This document shows positions 1-12,838 of a DNA stretch of 64,000 nucleotides, piece by piece. Positions within the stretch are counted from its first letter, which is position 1; the number at the start of each line of letters is the position of its first letter. The translations under genes were made by a program, and so were the position numbers. Source of the stretch: Geosiphon pyriformis uo1 (lineage: Eukaryota; Fungi; Glomeromycota); NCBI GenBank assembly GCA_016748015.1, contig JAAOMT010000690.1:310001-374000 (forward strand), in the 5' to 3' direction. Below the pieces are notes generated by a model. The model ran no database searches. It was not told the origin of the DNA and saw only the letters and a program-made list of their open reading frames with translations.

Positions 1-1056
1 ATTTGTGATATCAGCGTACTGTTCTAAGCCAGTTGTATTCCTCTGGTATTTATTGTAATCAGCCGTGTAGATTATGGCATCAGGATATTTCGTTTTAAAA
101 CTGGCGACGGAAGTTTTCAGGGCTTCATTGTGTTTGAGGTAAATTTCAAACGCTGCTGATTTTGATTCCTTCTTATTAACCAATTCGATGATGGGTAAAA
201 GGGAGAAATCCGGGAGACTTGGTGCAAGGATATTTCGAATTCCGATTTCGTATAAGCTAACCCAGATTTTAGCAAGTCTTCCTACAACTTCCTCAGGCAC
301 TGCTGATAGTTCAGTGGATTGATAATCTGATCCAACAGGCCAGGTCTATAAGAAAGTAAGAATTTTAAATTTTAATAATAATTTTTTCTGAAATGATTTA
401 ATATTCATTTTGTCAAATAGCAAAGGAAAAGGACTCACAGCTACTAAGGTTTTGTTCAAATCAGTCCCAAATTTCAGTGTATCTTTGTATGATTCAACTT
501 GCTGCTTGAGGCCTGGTATCTCGAGTTTCGTTTCGTTCAGTTGGAGAAAGCCTATACAAATAGATGCATATAAATTGTTATTAGGCATAAAAATTCTTGA
601 TTTTAAATTTATTTAATTACCTTGAATCGCATCATTGCTTTGATTTAACGAAGAAAAAGTTTAACAATTTGTTAAATCTTTATCAGATAAAGATCGATCT
701 CTTTCTTATTACATACTCTGTAGATGCCCCAGCATAAGCAAAGTCCTCAATCTCCGCGCCTAAAAAACTAGCAAGATATTCTGGCCACACTAGACCATTT
801 GAAAAACGGCCTTGGTAGTAATCGTCGGTAACAAGATCAGTTCCTGCCAACTTGTAGGCATTTCCATTATCTAGAACAAAGAGAGTTTACTCATTTTGTT
901 TACTAGGATGCGACTTTTTTCATTTTGACACTCACCTGAATATGAATCACCAAATACTACTAGCTTATTGAATTTTTTTCTTAAGGCAGGAAAGCCATCT
1001 GTTAACGAGGCACAAGCCAAAAAGGATACGAACAATGCAAAAAAGTATGAATTCAT
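1..1056 (-). CDS. Secreted GDSL/SGNH lipase-esterase, multi-exon, 3' end runs off the window
   Basis: Signal peptide MNSYFFALFVSFLACASLTDG, then LVVFGDSYS. After a GT-AG intron (935-871) it reads DNGNAY...GRFSNGLVWPEYLA...DFAYAGAST. A later exon reads TWPVGSDY...GIRNILAPSLPD. Intron positions match the paralogue at 59447. Confidence 0.9.
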
Positions 1057-3552
1057 GATAAAATTTCGAAATGAATTTTAAATTCTGACATAGTTTCTTC
1101 TTTTGGGCAACGAGATAATTTATATAATTTCGGCAAAAATTTCCCATAGTCATGACAAGTGTTATCAAGTCAAATATTTGATCAAACTTTTTGATTTGTT
1201 TCGACCAAGAAAATATAGTTATCATGTAACGTGCGGTATGTTTTCTAGCGTGTCGAAAGAAGATCTCGCAATATCGGCAGAAATTTTCATGAGAATCGGC
1301 AATTTCATTCAAAATTTTCTAATTGTGTCGGATATTGTTCCCAAAAAATCTGATGCATAAAAAGGTTGACTGTCTGTTGTGATTTGAAATCAAAAATCAC
1401 TTTCAATAATAATAACTTGAACGATCTATCAATAACTTATTTTGCACACTAGTTAGATTTTGCCTTTTAAAGATTCAAATCTGAAGGCAAGATTTGTCTT
1501 TCTTTGTTGCCAAATAATACTCTATTCATTTGACGCTATTGAATGAAGGTATAAGACTTTTCTTTGTGAATTATTAAGCAATTTCTCTGTTGACCTCTAT
1601 CAAAATTTAGATTTTCTAATACCCATTGTCAATCTGATATGAAACAAACATTGAGCGACAAGCAAAAAATTAACTAGAAGGAATTTTTTCCTTAATGAAA
1701 AACATTCCAAGTTGAAGAATTCTTTTATATGCTTGAATGAAATAGCAATGTGGATTTTTAATTACTTACCTCCCATTATATATCTTCTAAATCAAGAACG
1801 ATGCTTGAGATCTTGAAAGATTCTCAATTAATAATAAGCATTAAAATATTAAATCAATAAATCATACACAATAGTTAAAATTACCCATATCATTGCATGT
1901 AAACTTTAACTATGAAAAATCCTTCTAGTTCCAAAAAATTTCCATTATTAAAATTCTTTAAGTATTTAATATGGTAAGATTTTTCATTTTGATTAATATA
2001 ATATTGATTGTAACATATAAAATATTTTATAAGATGGTGGAAAGTCATGAAAAATTAAAAAGCTCTTGACCTCATTAAAATAATATTACAAACGATTGAT
2101 TCATTTTTAAGCTCTTTCAAAATTATTTTTCTACTGCAAAAATTCAAAGAATATTAATTAACTATGAATAACAACAATATTTAGAATCCTTTTTAAAATT
2201 TCGTTAAAAAAAGTGAAAGAAACCAATGCAGTCAAAACTTGTTAAACCCAAATGGTTTATAATTTTGACAAATTTCAAGGAAAATCATCATTAAGAGTAA
2301 TACCAACATTAAAAATATAAAATTCTTATTTTGATTGGTGGAAGTGCGAGACTATCTCGGATAAAAGATCGTTAGTAGTTTTAATTCACAATTACATGTA
2401 TAAAGTTTGTTGTACGAATAAAATGGAAATGATTGGATTTTATCTCTATTAAAAATTTACTCGCTATTTGGTGAGATTGGATGGTCAGCATTATGTGCTT
2501 TAAAACAATAAAGTATTTTCCTTCCGGCTTCATGTATATATTTTTTACATTCTTAAATTCCCCGAGGAAATTGCCCTAAGGAATAAACAAACCATAGGTT
2601 TGTAAGTCTTTGTGATTAATATAGTATCAGCCTATTGCATTGAGAATTATCCCGAGCAATACCAAACTTATTCAAATATTTCTAACATGATTTAACTTTT
2701 CAAGCTATTTTATTTTAGACTCATTGTCAGCAAATTGGATTTCAATTCAAAAGATTCTTTACAATAGTGCTACGAAACATTCCAAATCAGGTCAAACAAA
2801 ATTGTGTACTTTCTGAGTTATCAATTCTTAATATTTTTGAATAAAGATGCGGCATGATTATACATAAAATGAGGTGCACTTCATGGCACAAAGCTTCGAG
2901 TTGTGATTATACTCGTAATTCTTTTAATGATTTTAGAATCAAAGCTTTTTCTTTTAAACTAAAGCAGGCATGTTTAATCGCCTTTTTTAAATGTTCACGT
3001 GAAGAGATTCAATTGGTTTACATAAAAAATAAGAAATGTGAGAAATCTTTTTAATAAAAAAATATATTGAATCATTATTTTGATCCAATTGCCAGCAAAC
3101 CTAAGATCTTATCATTGATCCATGCTCTATACTTTTTTTAAATATTGAAATAACAAACTTTTATATGGTTTCACATCTGACGGATGAAGAAGCTTAAAGG
3201 ATTCTTTGGGAATTGAGATCTATTCTAGCAAGTTTAATAGGCCTCGTTTTCAAAGATATCAAACACATCAAGTTTGAAAATTTGATATGTATTTAATTTT
3301 TTTTCATTTTTTATTTCCTATTCAAGGGCTATGACGAAAAAGATATGCTTTTTTCACAATTACATGTATTATGAAATAGTTAACCTCCAAATTTTTGCAT
3401 CCCCTGTGATTGGGACGCAAAATCTGACCTTGCAGAGTCTTTTCCACCATTACCAGGAATTTGGTGTTGATATTCCCAGTTTATGTGAACCTATCAGGAA
3501 GGTATCTTGGAAAATTTTTGTCCAGATTTGTGCCTTAATATAATTTTCTGAA

Positions 3553-4420
3553 GGCTTACTTCCTGGACCTCTGCAAGGTATTAGTGAACAAAGCAAGACA
3601 GAACTAATTGCTGAAAAAGCTACCCTACATTAATAACACAGTGTTCTTTTGTGTCAAAGGAACTTGTCAACTGTTTCTGTAGGTGGGGCTTTGTGTTTTT
3701 CATAATGTTTTTTGCAATTAGATTGTCCATAATTACAACTCCATGTTGAATCTGCTCATTGGGAACTATCTTTGAGGACAAGCTCCAATAAAAGCATGTT
3801 GATAGATGGTTTAAGTGAAGACATTGGATTAGAGGCCTATGAAAAAAGACTAGTCTACAACAGACCTGGTAAGCATTTAAGACAAATGCCTACCCCTTTG
3901 TGATTGCTCTTCAGTGTGATGATTTCTCATCTCCTGAAGGATTCTCCTATAGGACAGGAGTGTGGTGGCGATAGGCGCCTTAAATATTAAATTTCCCAGA
4001 TTTTCAATCACAGGAGGTGTTTGTGGATTATTGAGGGAATCGCGCTTGTTTGATTCTTTTTCCACAGTGGCATCAGACTTGAGAGAAATAGACCAGTACG
4101 CATTGGCTATTATGAGAAGCGTGTCAAGGCTGGTAAGAAAAGCAGGAAGCTGTTCAAGTGACATTGGGACATTGAGATGACCAATCTCCGTCACAACATA
4201 TAAACCCATCGTACAAGAGAGTTGTAAGGTAGAACGAAATATGTTGCCCTAATGAAAGTTTTTGTTTAATGATGTTTAATGATGTTAATTAAAAATAAAA
4301 GGAAAAATATCACTGCGAATCTTACCTACAACCTGAAACCCAAACATGCACTCCATGTTGTAAAAATCAATCCCATCTTTGTTAAACACAGCGGTTGAAA
4401 GTTCCTCAACTGGCATGATT
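3553..4420. pseudogene. Fragmented remnant of an unknown fungal repeat-associated protein family
   Basis: Minus strand reads VFNKDGIDFYNMECMFGFQVVG, a GT-AG intron, then QHISFYLTTLLYDG, a frameshift, then LYVVTEIGHLNVPMSLEQLPAFLTSLDTLL. No start is visible. A stop-ridden, GC-richer coding-like piece lies on the plus strand at ~3553-3870. Confidence 0.45.
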
Positions 4421-5306
4421 TTTTTGATACTAAACGGCTTATTTTTCTAAAGAGATTAATCTTGATGGTTGTTCTTAAAAATGAGCGTTATTATAACAAT
4501 ATAACTATATTTTCGTTGATGTAAACAGAATTTTTGGAATAAATAACGAGTCGTTCTCTAGTTTATTAAAGGATGAAACCCAGTTTTGTTAATTATAAGC
4601 GAGAGATCATCAGATATAGTGAACCTTTTATCAATGAAGATCAGATTATCAATCAAAAAGTCATTTTGTACCCGATATAGAGTATAATGGATAAACCCGA
4701 GATCTTGCGAGAGTGAGAGTAAAATTACAAATATTCAAAAAAATATTTTATCTTAAAAAAATTTCATGCCAATATTCGTTTTAAATGTTAATTTTTATAA
4801 ATTTATTTTTAAAGATAAGAATTTAATTTCCTTTGATATGGTAAAAAGCTTAAATAACCTGTTGTAAATTTATCTTGTGCATGAAAATAAATTTCTACTA
4901 TAAAAGGTTTAAAGAAATTATTAAATAAACTAATCATATAACTTAGAATATGATCTAAATTAGCATAATTAAATGGGTTATCTATGTAATTCGGTCTTTT
5001 GAATAATGATTTTTCTCCAAAAACTTTATTCATTGATCGCAAATATATTGTAAAAGAAATGAAGTGATAATAGCTAAAATATTTACATACATAGCTATTT
5101 CATAAAGAAACTGACCTACTAAAAATTCCTAAAAAACCCACAGTTTATAAATTTGAATCCAAATCCCTAAAAATTAGTTAAACAAATGTAGTTATCTGAA
5201 TAATTAAGCAATGTAACGCGCGCAGTCATCCTGATGGTTCATCATTTGATCAAATATTTGGATAAATATAATTGTACCCAATATCAAAATCTGACCTCAA
5301 TTTACC

Positions 5307-6790
5307 ATGACAATAAACAAACTTGCTATAGTCACTGGCGCCGTAATTTTTCAAAATTTGATTCCTTCGAGTTTTTTTTATTTTTTAATTATTTCTTTAC
5401 TTTTAGAACAAAGGGATCGGTAGAGCCATAGTCAAGAATCTAGCACTTGAGCATACAAAAAAAATCCGTCCAAATACTACGCCTTTGCTCACAATATTTT
5501 TGACTTCACGAGATGAACAGAAAGGTATTGAAGCTACCAATGAAGTTATCAACGAATTAAAATCTCGAAATGCACATTATGATAGTGGAGGTGCAGTCAA
5601 AGTAAAGTTCCATCAATTGGATGTCACTGACGAAAATAGTGTTCAACAACTGAAGAATAATTTGCAAAGAGAATATAAAGGTTTGTGTTTCATCTAAAAA
5701 CTAAAATTCATGCTGTATTAACATCTTTGACTCAAATCCATTTTATATAGCTATTGATATACTAATTAACAATGCTGCCGTTGGTAAGTTTTCACTGAAT
5801 CAGCTTGAATTTTTTCTTTGAGCAAAAAAATAACCCAATGATTTTATAAAGGCGATGAGTTCCACCAGGAACCCTTTACCTCAACTCTAGCTGAAAAAAC
5901 CTTGCGCACGAATTATTGGAGCCTAAAAAAAGTAACCTTTTTTATTCTTAAAACATGTTTTCAACATTGAGCTAATTCACTAATAGTCTTTTGATTACTG
6001 TTCAAAAGATCACTCAGGTCTTATTACCTTTAATTCGTGATCCAGGTGGTCGTATAGTAAACTTAGCTAGTGGTTTAGGGCATTTGGGCTATATCCCATC
6101 TAAATCACTGCAAGATCAGTTTAATGCCAAGGATTTGACATTTAAAACATTGGATGAGTTGATGAAAAAATTTGTCGTAAGGTCAATTAATAGTTGGAAC
6201 ATTTTAATACAGCTGTCTTTTATCTTAGTAACGCGAGAAATTTTTCATCCAAGAATGATGCAAATACTAATAACCTAAGAAAAGAAGGATGGCCAACTTC
6301 TGGTGAATAATTCAGCTGCAATATTATAATTTTATCAAGAAATTCTCCATTTTTTCCAACCAACAATATTTCGCAGGCACAATCGCATACAAGGTATCTA
6401 AAGTGGGTGTAATTGCTTACAGCAAAATCTTGGCTCAAAACCTTTCACAAAAAGGAAAGAAGATCATAGTTAAAGCTTGCTGTCCCGGATGGGTAAGCAT
6501 TAAACTATTCGAAAATTTTCTATTCTTCTTAATTGCATTTGTCCTCACACATATTATAACTTATGAAGGTTCGAACAGATATGGGTGGCCAATCGGCTGA
6601 ACTTTCACCAGGTTTTGCATTTTCAGAATACATTAGCAATCAAGAAAAGTTTACCAATTATTAATTTTCCTTTTGTTTGTATACAGATCAAGGTGCTGAA
6701 ACCCCAGTGTATCTAGCAATCGGAGATGATGAACGTTTTCTTGAAAATAATTTGTTCTTGTGGAAGAGTAAGCAACCAATTGATTGGTAA
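5307..6790 (+). CDS. Short-chain dehydrogenase/reductase, carbonyl reductase 1-like, multi-exon
   Basis: Spliced MTINKLAIVTGA|NKGIG (TGxxxGIG), FHQLDVTD, IDILINNAA, GRIVNLASGLG, catalytic AYKVSK (YxxxK), CCPGW|VRTDMGG, GAETPVYLA; stop TAA at 6788-6790. Confidence 0.9.
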
Positions 6791-7083
6791 AATCTCACTA
6801 CTTTGCTATTTGATGATTTAACAGAATGACTGTAATTTTTTTGAATGGCCTGACTTTTGTGCGATACTGGATTTTATTTTGGAAGTTTAGCGTTGGCAAT
6901 TAATTTTTCCTTGGAAAATCCATAATTCAGGAAATTTTTCTGAATGATTGTCTCAAATTAGAATCTTCTCGAAATTTAAATTCAAATATTATGCTAAGGT
7001 TTCATCAAATTAAAATTTTATTTACAGTTAGAAAAAATCCAAGATAGTTTGGATGGGGTTCGCATTAGGCTGGGCATAAATTT

Positions 7084-8571
7084 TCAAACTTTTGTTCCAT
7101 ATATCCTTGGAAAAAAAATTTTAATTATAATAAAATTTTAGGAAACTAATTTCTAAAAGATATGTAAATTTTAACTAATACCTGTGAATGGGTATGCATG
7201 TATTATACTGGTCCACTTCTGTAGTAAATAAGGCTTTGATCATTTGTTCATAAGCGTCACAACTGATTTTTAGTAAAGGGGCCTGAAGACTTCGTTGTGA
7301 TATACTCGCCTGTAGCATATCTTGAGCCATCTAAGGAGATGTTACGATCTTTTAAAATTGCCAAAATTTTTTTAAAATAATGATAATCATATATGTAAAC
7401 GAAACAAACCAGTTCCCCAAGTTTCCCGTGACTTTTTCCCATCTGAGCGTATAATACTTCATGATGTAGATCAATTAGCTGTTTAGTGTCCCTTAATGCT
7501 TCTGCTAATCGAAATCCTGGATTTAAATCTATACCTCTTCTGGTAAGAAATTGGGAGCCTTGAATTCGAAAACATGATCAGAAGAATGCGATTAACAATG
7601 ATGAAAAGAAGATTATTTAAATTTGGATTATACATGTGTTGGCCATATATCGCAAGAGTGGTCCTGGGCTCTTCCATTCCAAGTCCATCTCGACAAATTC
7701 CAATATTCCACCAGATTTAGTTATTCTGAGTAATTCCGGAATGATTTTTTCAGAGAATTGAAACCGGGTAAACGCTGATGCCATATATCGTTGATGTACA
7801 AAATCAAAATGACCATTAGGAAATTGTAAACCATCGAATAAGTCCATTTGTAAAAATGATGCGTTTAATGGGATCGAATCCTTTGGAATTACTGGTACTA
7901 TGTCTATTCCGGCAAACTCTGAGAAAGGATAAGTAGAAGCCATATCTATTGTCCAGGAACCACCCCCGCAGCTAATATCAAAAAAAGCTTTTCTTCATCA
8001 TTTGCATATTGTATTAATTAATATTCAAATTCTCTTGCGATAATTTGAAGATGCCATTTACCATGAATCAAGCACTTTTGCGTTTCCTGCTATTAGTCTC
8101 CCCTCTATTGGACCGTGAAAATTACCTTGCCAAAGAGCTTTTGATATGAAATGACTGATTGATCCGTGATCTAATTCTTCTAAATTCATAGGTAGCTGGA
8201 AAAAAATAAATAAATTTTTGGACAAATCAAAGAAAGCTTATTGGAAGTGATACATCTAAGATGCTACCAACAAATTTGAGGACCAATGGTTCCATATAAT
8301 GAAACTGTCGTCCATCCAAATAACGATACTCGGAAGAACAAGCTGTCGAAGAATCTTCTCTATCATCTTCAAAAACTGACTTTGCCTTTGTGGTAATTGA
8401 TGAACCATTAATTGACATTTTTAAAAACTCTTCATCTAATTTCTTTCGTCTTAATTTTGATGTGCGACGAAAAAGTGATGGTCTTCGTTTAGTAGGTTGT
8501 GGCTGTGGTTCAAACTGACTATTTTGTTTACTGATATTGTTTTTATTTCGTTTGCTTGAAATTTGGCCCAT
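7084..8571 (-). CDS. Class I SAM-dependent methyltransferase (fungal Methyltransf_25/LaeA-like), multi-exon
   Basis: MGQISSK...YRYLDGRQF, ALWQGNFHGPI, spliced KVLDSC|CGGGSWTIDMAS, FAGIDI, FPNGHFDFVHQR, ELLRITKSGGILEFVE; last exon IYGTKV-stop. Confidence 0.88.
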
Positions 8572-9908
8572 TATTGAAAATTTTGAAATTGGTGGAAATT
8601 GAGAGAGTTTCCTCGAAACTTTTTACTAAAGGGGGTGATGTTTGAAAATATTTGAGCTTAAACCAACTTTTCATTTGGATATTTTTTTGATTTCTTGATT
8701 GAACACGGAGAAAGGCTGATTTAATGTACATGTATTATAATTCTCAGTCGGAGATTGATCCCAAATAGATGATCAATCCTAATTTTATCCGTCAAAAAAA
8801 AACGCCGATAACTTTTGGTAGGACGATGATTCATTAACGTAATTAAGAATACTTTCTACTAACGTAACATTTTCAAAAATTTGCCTCATGATAAGCCATT
8901 TGTTTGTTTTTACGATTTACATTACAGCCGGTTGTCCCCCACAACCATTTTATTTATTGGATTTGATTCAAAAATTGCCCAGGCAAGTAAGACTTTTTCC
9001 GAAAGGTTCTCGAAAATTCTTCCAGAAGGATAAAATGGAATTAGCAACAATTATATTACCGATTTTTCTTCTGCATGAAAAAGAGTTCTAGGTCGAACAT
9101 TTAATTATTTTGGAAGAATCCATTAAGAAACGAGAAATATTTTTGTTTATTATATGAGACTAAATTTTGAAGAAGATTTAATACAGGTCAAATTTAACTT
9201 TTCGACAATCGGCGAGCGGGCCTTTATCGTGGTCACAAACTTGTAGCATAAAATTTTGTTTTCTACTTTTTCTGCTCCCCTAAACTCACAAGTATAATTG
9301 GGCGTATCCAAAGATAAAAGTCCATGAATAATCGCGACTTTTAGTTTAAATAAGTCGAAGAAAAAAAGGGTTGATATAAAACTTTTCCCATGTTAAAAAG
9401 TTCCCCAATTTTCATGAAGCGGGGGATTAGCAAAAAATTTTAAGAATGCTCCGATAATATAAATACAGGGATGATCAATGAATTTCCCTCAGCATGTGTG
9501 ATGCATGATGATCTAACCTACTATTCAAATTGATTGACGAGATATTTACTAATGAGTAAAAATAGGGGCCAAAATAGTCAAATAATCGAATTAAAACGTA
9601 TTCGAAATATTAGATACTTGCTCAATTTCCCCCATCTTTTGAAAAAAATCTTGGAACTATGACCTATTAAAAACATCTCGATGTTTCATAATAAATTAAG
9701 CCAAAAATGAATTTTTTTGTATTATATTTCCCATTATCAAGATGGTTACCTCATTTTGATCTCAAAGCTCCTTATTAGTTTAACCATTTTACAAAAGTGT
9801 GATTCTATCCTTCTATCACAAATTTTGAAAATTGAAAGAGTTTTATATTATGAATTTTTTCAGATAGATATGATGATGATTGATGTCCATAAGTTGAAAA
9901 AAATATAA

Positions 9909-10321
9909 TCAATCGTCTGTGAATATGGCCCTTTGAATATATGAAATGAACGCTGGATTTTTGAATGCAGGATCATTTTCCGGGGCCTGTGAATTTATTA
10001 AGAAGCCTCTGTTACACTTAAATAAAGAAACCAACCAACAACAGTCACCAATAAAAATATGCTCACGTATTTTGCTTTGGGACCTTTGAAATCTGAATCG
10101 TTTTGCATCCAATAATTAGCCGAATTTCCTTTGGATTTGTGATATCGGCTCCCTCGTACCTTTTAATTAATTAAAAATCTCATAATATATTGGACGAATA
10201 TTAAGGATGTCTTACTTTGAAATTTTTAACTTACATCTATATCAACTGGATATGCAGCAATGCCACCGAAATTCATAAAAAAAATTGATATTGTAATAAA
10301 TAAAAATTGGTTTATATCCAT
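9909..10321 (-). CDS. Small secreted protein (~85 aa, 3 exons), not in the ORF track
   Basis: Exons 10321-10235, 10159-10067 and 9986-9909 are joined by phase-0 introns of 75 nt (GTAAGT..AAG) and 80 nt (GTGAGC..CAG). Protein: MDINQFLFITISIFFMNFGGIAAYPVDID|VRGSRYHKSKGNSANYWMQNDSDFKGPKAKY|APENDPAFKNPAFISYIQRAIFTDD*. TATAA-like boxes lie ~60 bp upstream. Confidence 0.6.
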
Positions 10322-10659
10322 TATTATGAACAATTAATGAAAGTTTGTTTGAAAAACTTATTGAGGAAAAATAGCGCTTTATAAGGCTTATAGAATTTTT
10401 CACGCTGATAATCTTTTCCGGATTAGTTGGCAGAGCCGACTTGTAAATACGTTTCAGCCACCCACCTATCAAGCAGGAATAATTCCAATAAATTTAGGTT
10501 GATCTACCTTCTTATTGAGTCACGTTTTAGGTGTGAGCGATTTTTACAAAGTTAGAACTCTTTTCGCCATACAATCTCTAATTTAAATCATGTAAATTTT
10601 TTTATATTTTTTTATTAGCCACCCAAAGAAAAGCATCTTGAATGTTTTTAAAAAAAGCT

Positions 10660-12580
10660 CTGTGAGTTGACAAGTTTTTTATTAAAACTAAAAAATCACA
10701 TTACGCGAAGCGAAGTTTTACAATTCATTAATGTATGAAGGCGCACTAACTTGTTAATAAACTACTCACCAAGCATCCCTTTTCCACTCTTATCTCTTTG
10801 AGGATGAAAGAATATATGAAGATAATTCAATTTAGAAAAATGAATCAGCTACCTCTTCATCCTTCCAATCATCATCTAATTCTTCATTTTCAACCTTTGA
10901 TTCTCATAAACTCAATTTTTTATCTAAACTGTGTCTACTTTTGTCTACAAAATCTTAATCACTTACTATTTGTAGTCCATTTTTACTATCAGTATCTTGA
11001 TCTATGTTGTTTATCAGATCTTTATTAACATTTAAATAATACATTTGTTTAATTTGTTGAAATTCACAATTCTGATGAGATTGGTTTATTACATCTTTTA
11101 TTTGGGCCATTGTTAATACTTTAGTACATTAAAAAAGAAATTAGAATAAATTTAAAATTATATTTGTTCATATGATAATTTTTTTAAAATTGATTTATTT
11201 TTTAAAATTAATAAATTTCTCAAAACAAAATGTAAATAATTTATCAAAGACAATAATATTTCTACAGATGTGGCATTTAAATAAATATTCATGCTCAGAA
11301 ATTCTCCAATTTCAATATCTGAATACATCTTGGTTGAATTGATTAAAGGATATATTATTAAATGAAAATTTTTTGGTTTAATAATTTTCAAATTTTCACA
11401 AAATACTTATTAATGTGGCACAAATTCAAACAGCATAATAATATAATAATTATTTACTTAAATCAATCTAAATTTAAATTTTGTTAAAACAAGAATTAAT
11501 ATAAAGTGTTCATAAAAAAATAATAATTGCTTAGCTTTATTATTGTCATTCTTTTTCAATAATTTAATTAAATGTCAAACTACACATTGAAGAGTCCAGA
11601 CCAAAAGTAATAAATTAATTACATTATAAAAATGTGTTTTATGTGCTTTATTTTGCTATAAATGTTTAAAAAGCCATAAATATAGCCAAAAAAGTTATTT
11701 AATAACCAGTATATTTTAATACAAGTGTTCTATATAAAAAACTAAAAGAACTATAATATAATAATAACTACAATAAATAATAAATAAATTTCAAATTCTC
11801 AAATTTAAATACAGATAATTAAATAATTTTTTATTATTTGCTATTGAATATACTATATATGGCTAATTCTTTACAAATTATTATTATTGTTATTATTTTA
11901 TTTGTTACTGTTTTTAAAATAGCATTGATTTTGATCATTTTTGTTTGTACTTTTTTATTACTAATATTTATTGCTTGCTAAATTAAAACTTTATCAGAAT
12001 TTGTAACAAACAATTAATAGACCATTAAATAATTTTGCCTTTTATTAATTTTTTAAAACAAAACTTAAGAAATTGAATTATATGCTAAATTTTAAATAGA
12101 TATAATTTTTTTGAATGCGAAATTTTAATGGCAATTAATTTTTTTATATTATTTAAATTTTAAAATTATTAATTTATATAACTAATTTTCTCTTATTTTA
12201 TATTTTTAGTTAAAAAATTCACATTTATAAAATAAATTTTATAGCATTTTTTAGTGTTTTTAAATTACTTTTTAAGAGCATAAATTTCTCAATTTAACTT
12301 AATATAAATTAAACATATTGTATAATTATTATATTGTTTTTGCATATTGATCAGATATTTCAATACAAAAATTTAATTGATAATGACTTTTTTGAATAAA
12401 AGGCTGCCAAATAATAAAGACTTTGATTAAGTTAGTTATATTAATAATAAAAATTATTTCATATAATTGAAATACTATTAGACCAAAATATTTAAGTTCA
12501 ACTATTTGCAATTCAATAAAATGAAATTGAAATGGAATATGTTTTTTAATGAACTGAACTAATTTGAATTAACAACTCTG
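10660..12580 (-). mobile_element. Decayed hAT-family DNA transposon
   Basis: Minus-strand remnant LNATSVEILLSLINYLHFVLRNLL resembles the hAT C-terminal dimerisation motif (SAxxERxFSxxGxxhsxxRNRL). An acidic tail and HPQRDKSGK...APSYINEL follow. Many stops, very AT-rich, CpG-poor. Candidate terminus ...AACAACTCTG at 12571-12580. Boundaries are approximate. Confidence 0.6.
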
Positions 12581-12722
12581 TTATCAGGTATTTTTACAAA
12601 AAAAGTTTTTTTTCAATTTTACCGTTGAAAAAAATGCTTTGTTGAATAAAACAAAATGTCATAAATAAATTTGTGACTTCAAAAAAATTCTTATTAGCCA
12701 TATAGGAAAAAATATTTTGGAG

Positions 12723-12838
12723 TATAAATAGAAAGTATCAAAGTATTACAACTTGGTACTAATAATATATTTTCGAATTCTAATTGCTTCGAATTTCACT
12801 TGTAAAACGTTTTTAGTATTCATGTTCTTTACAGAAAA
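12723..12838 (+). repeat. Dispersed ~115-bp repeat, copy 1 (copy 2 at 29301-29415)
   Basis: Shared colinear blocks AGAAAGTATC, TTACAACTTGGTA-TAATAATAT, CTTCGAATTTCACT, TGTTCTTTACAGAAAA. Confidence 0.7.
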
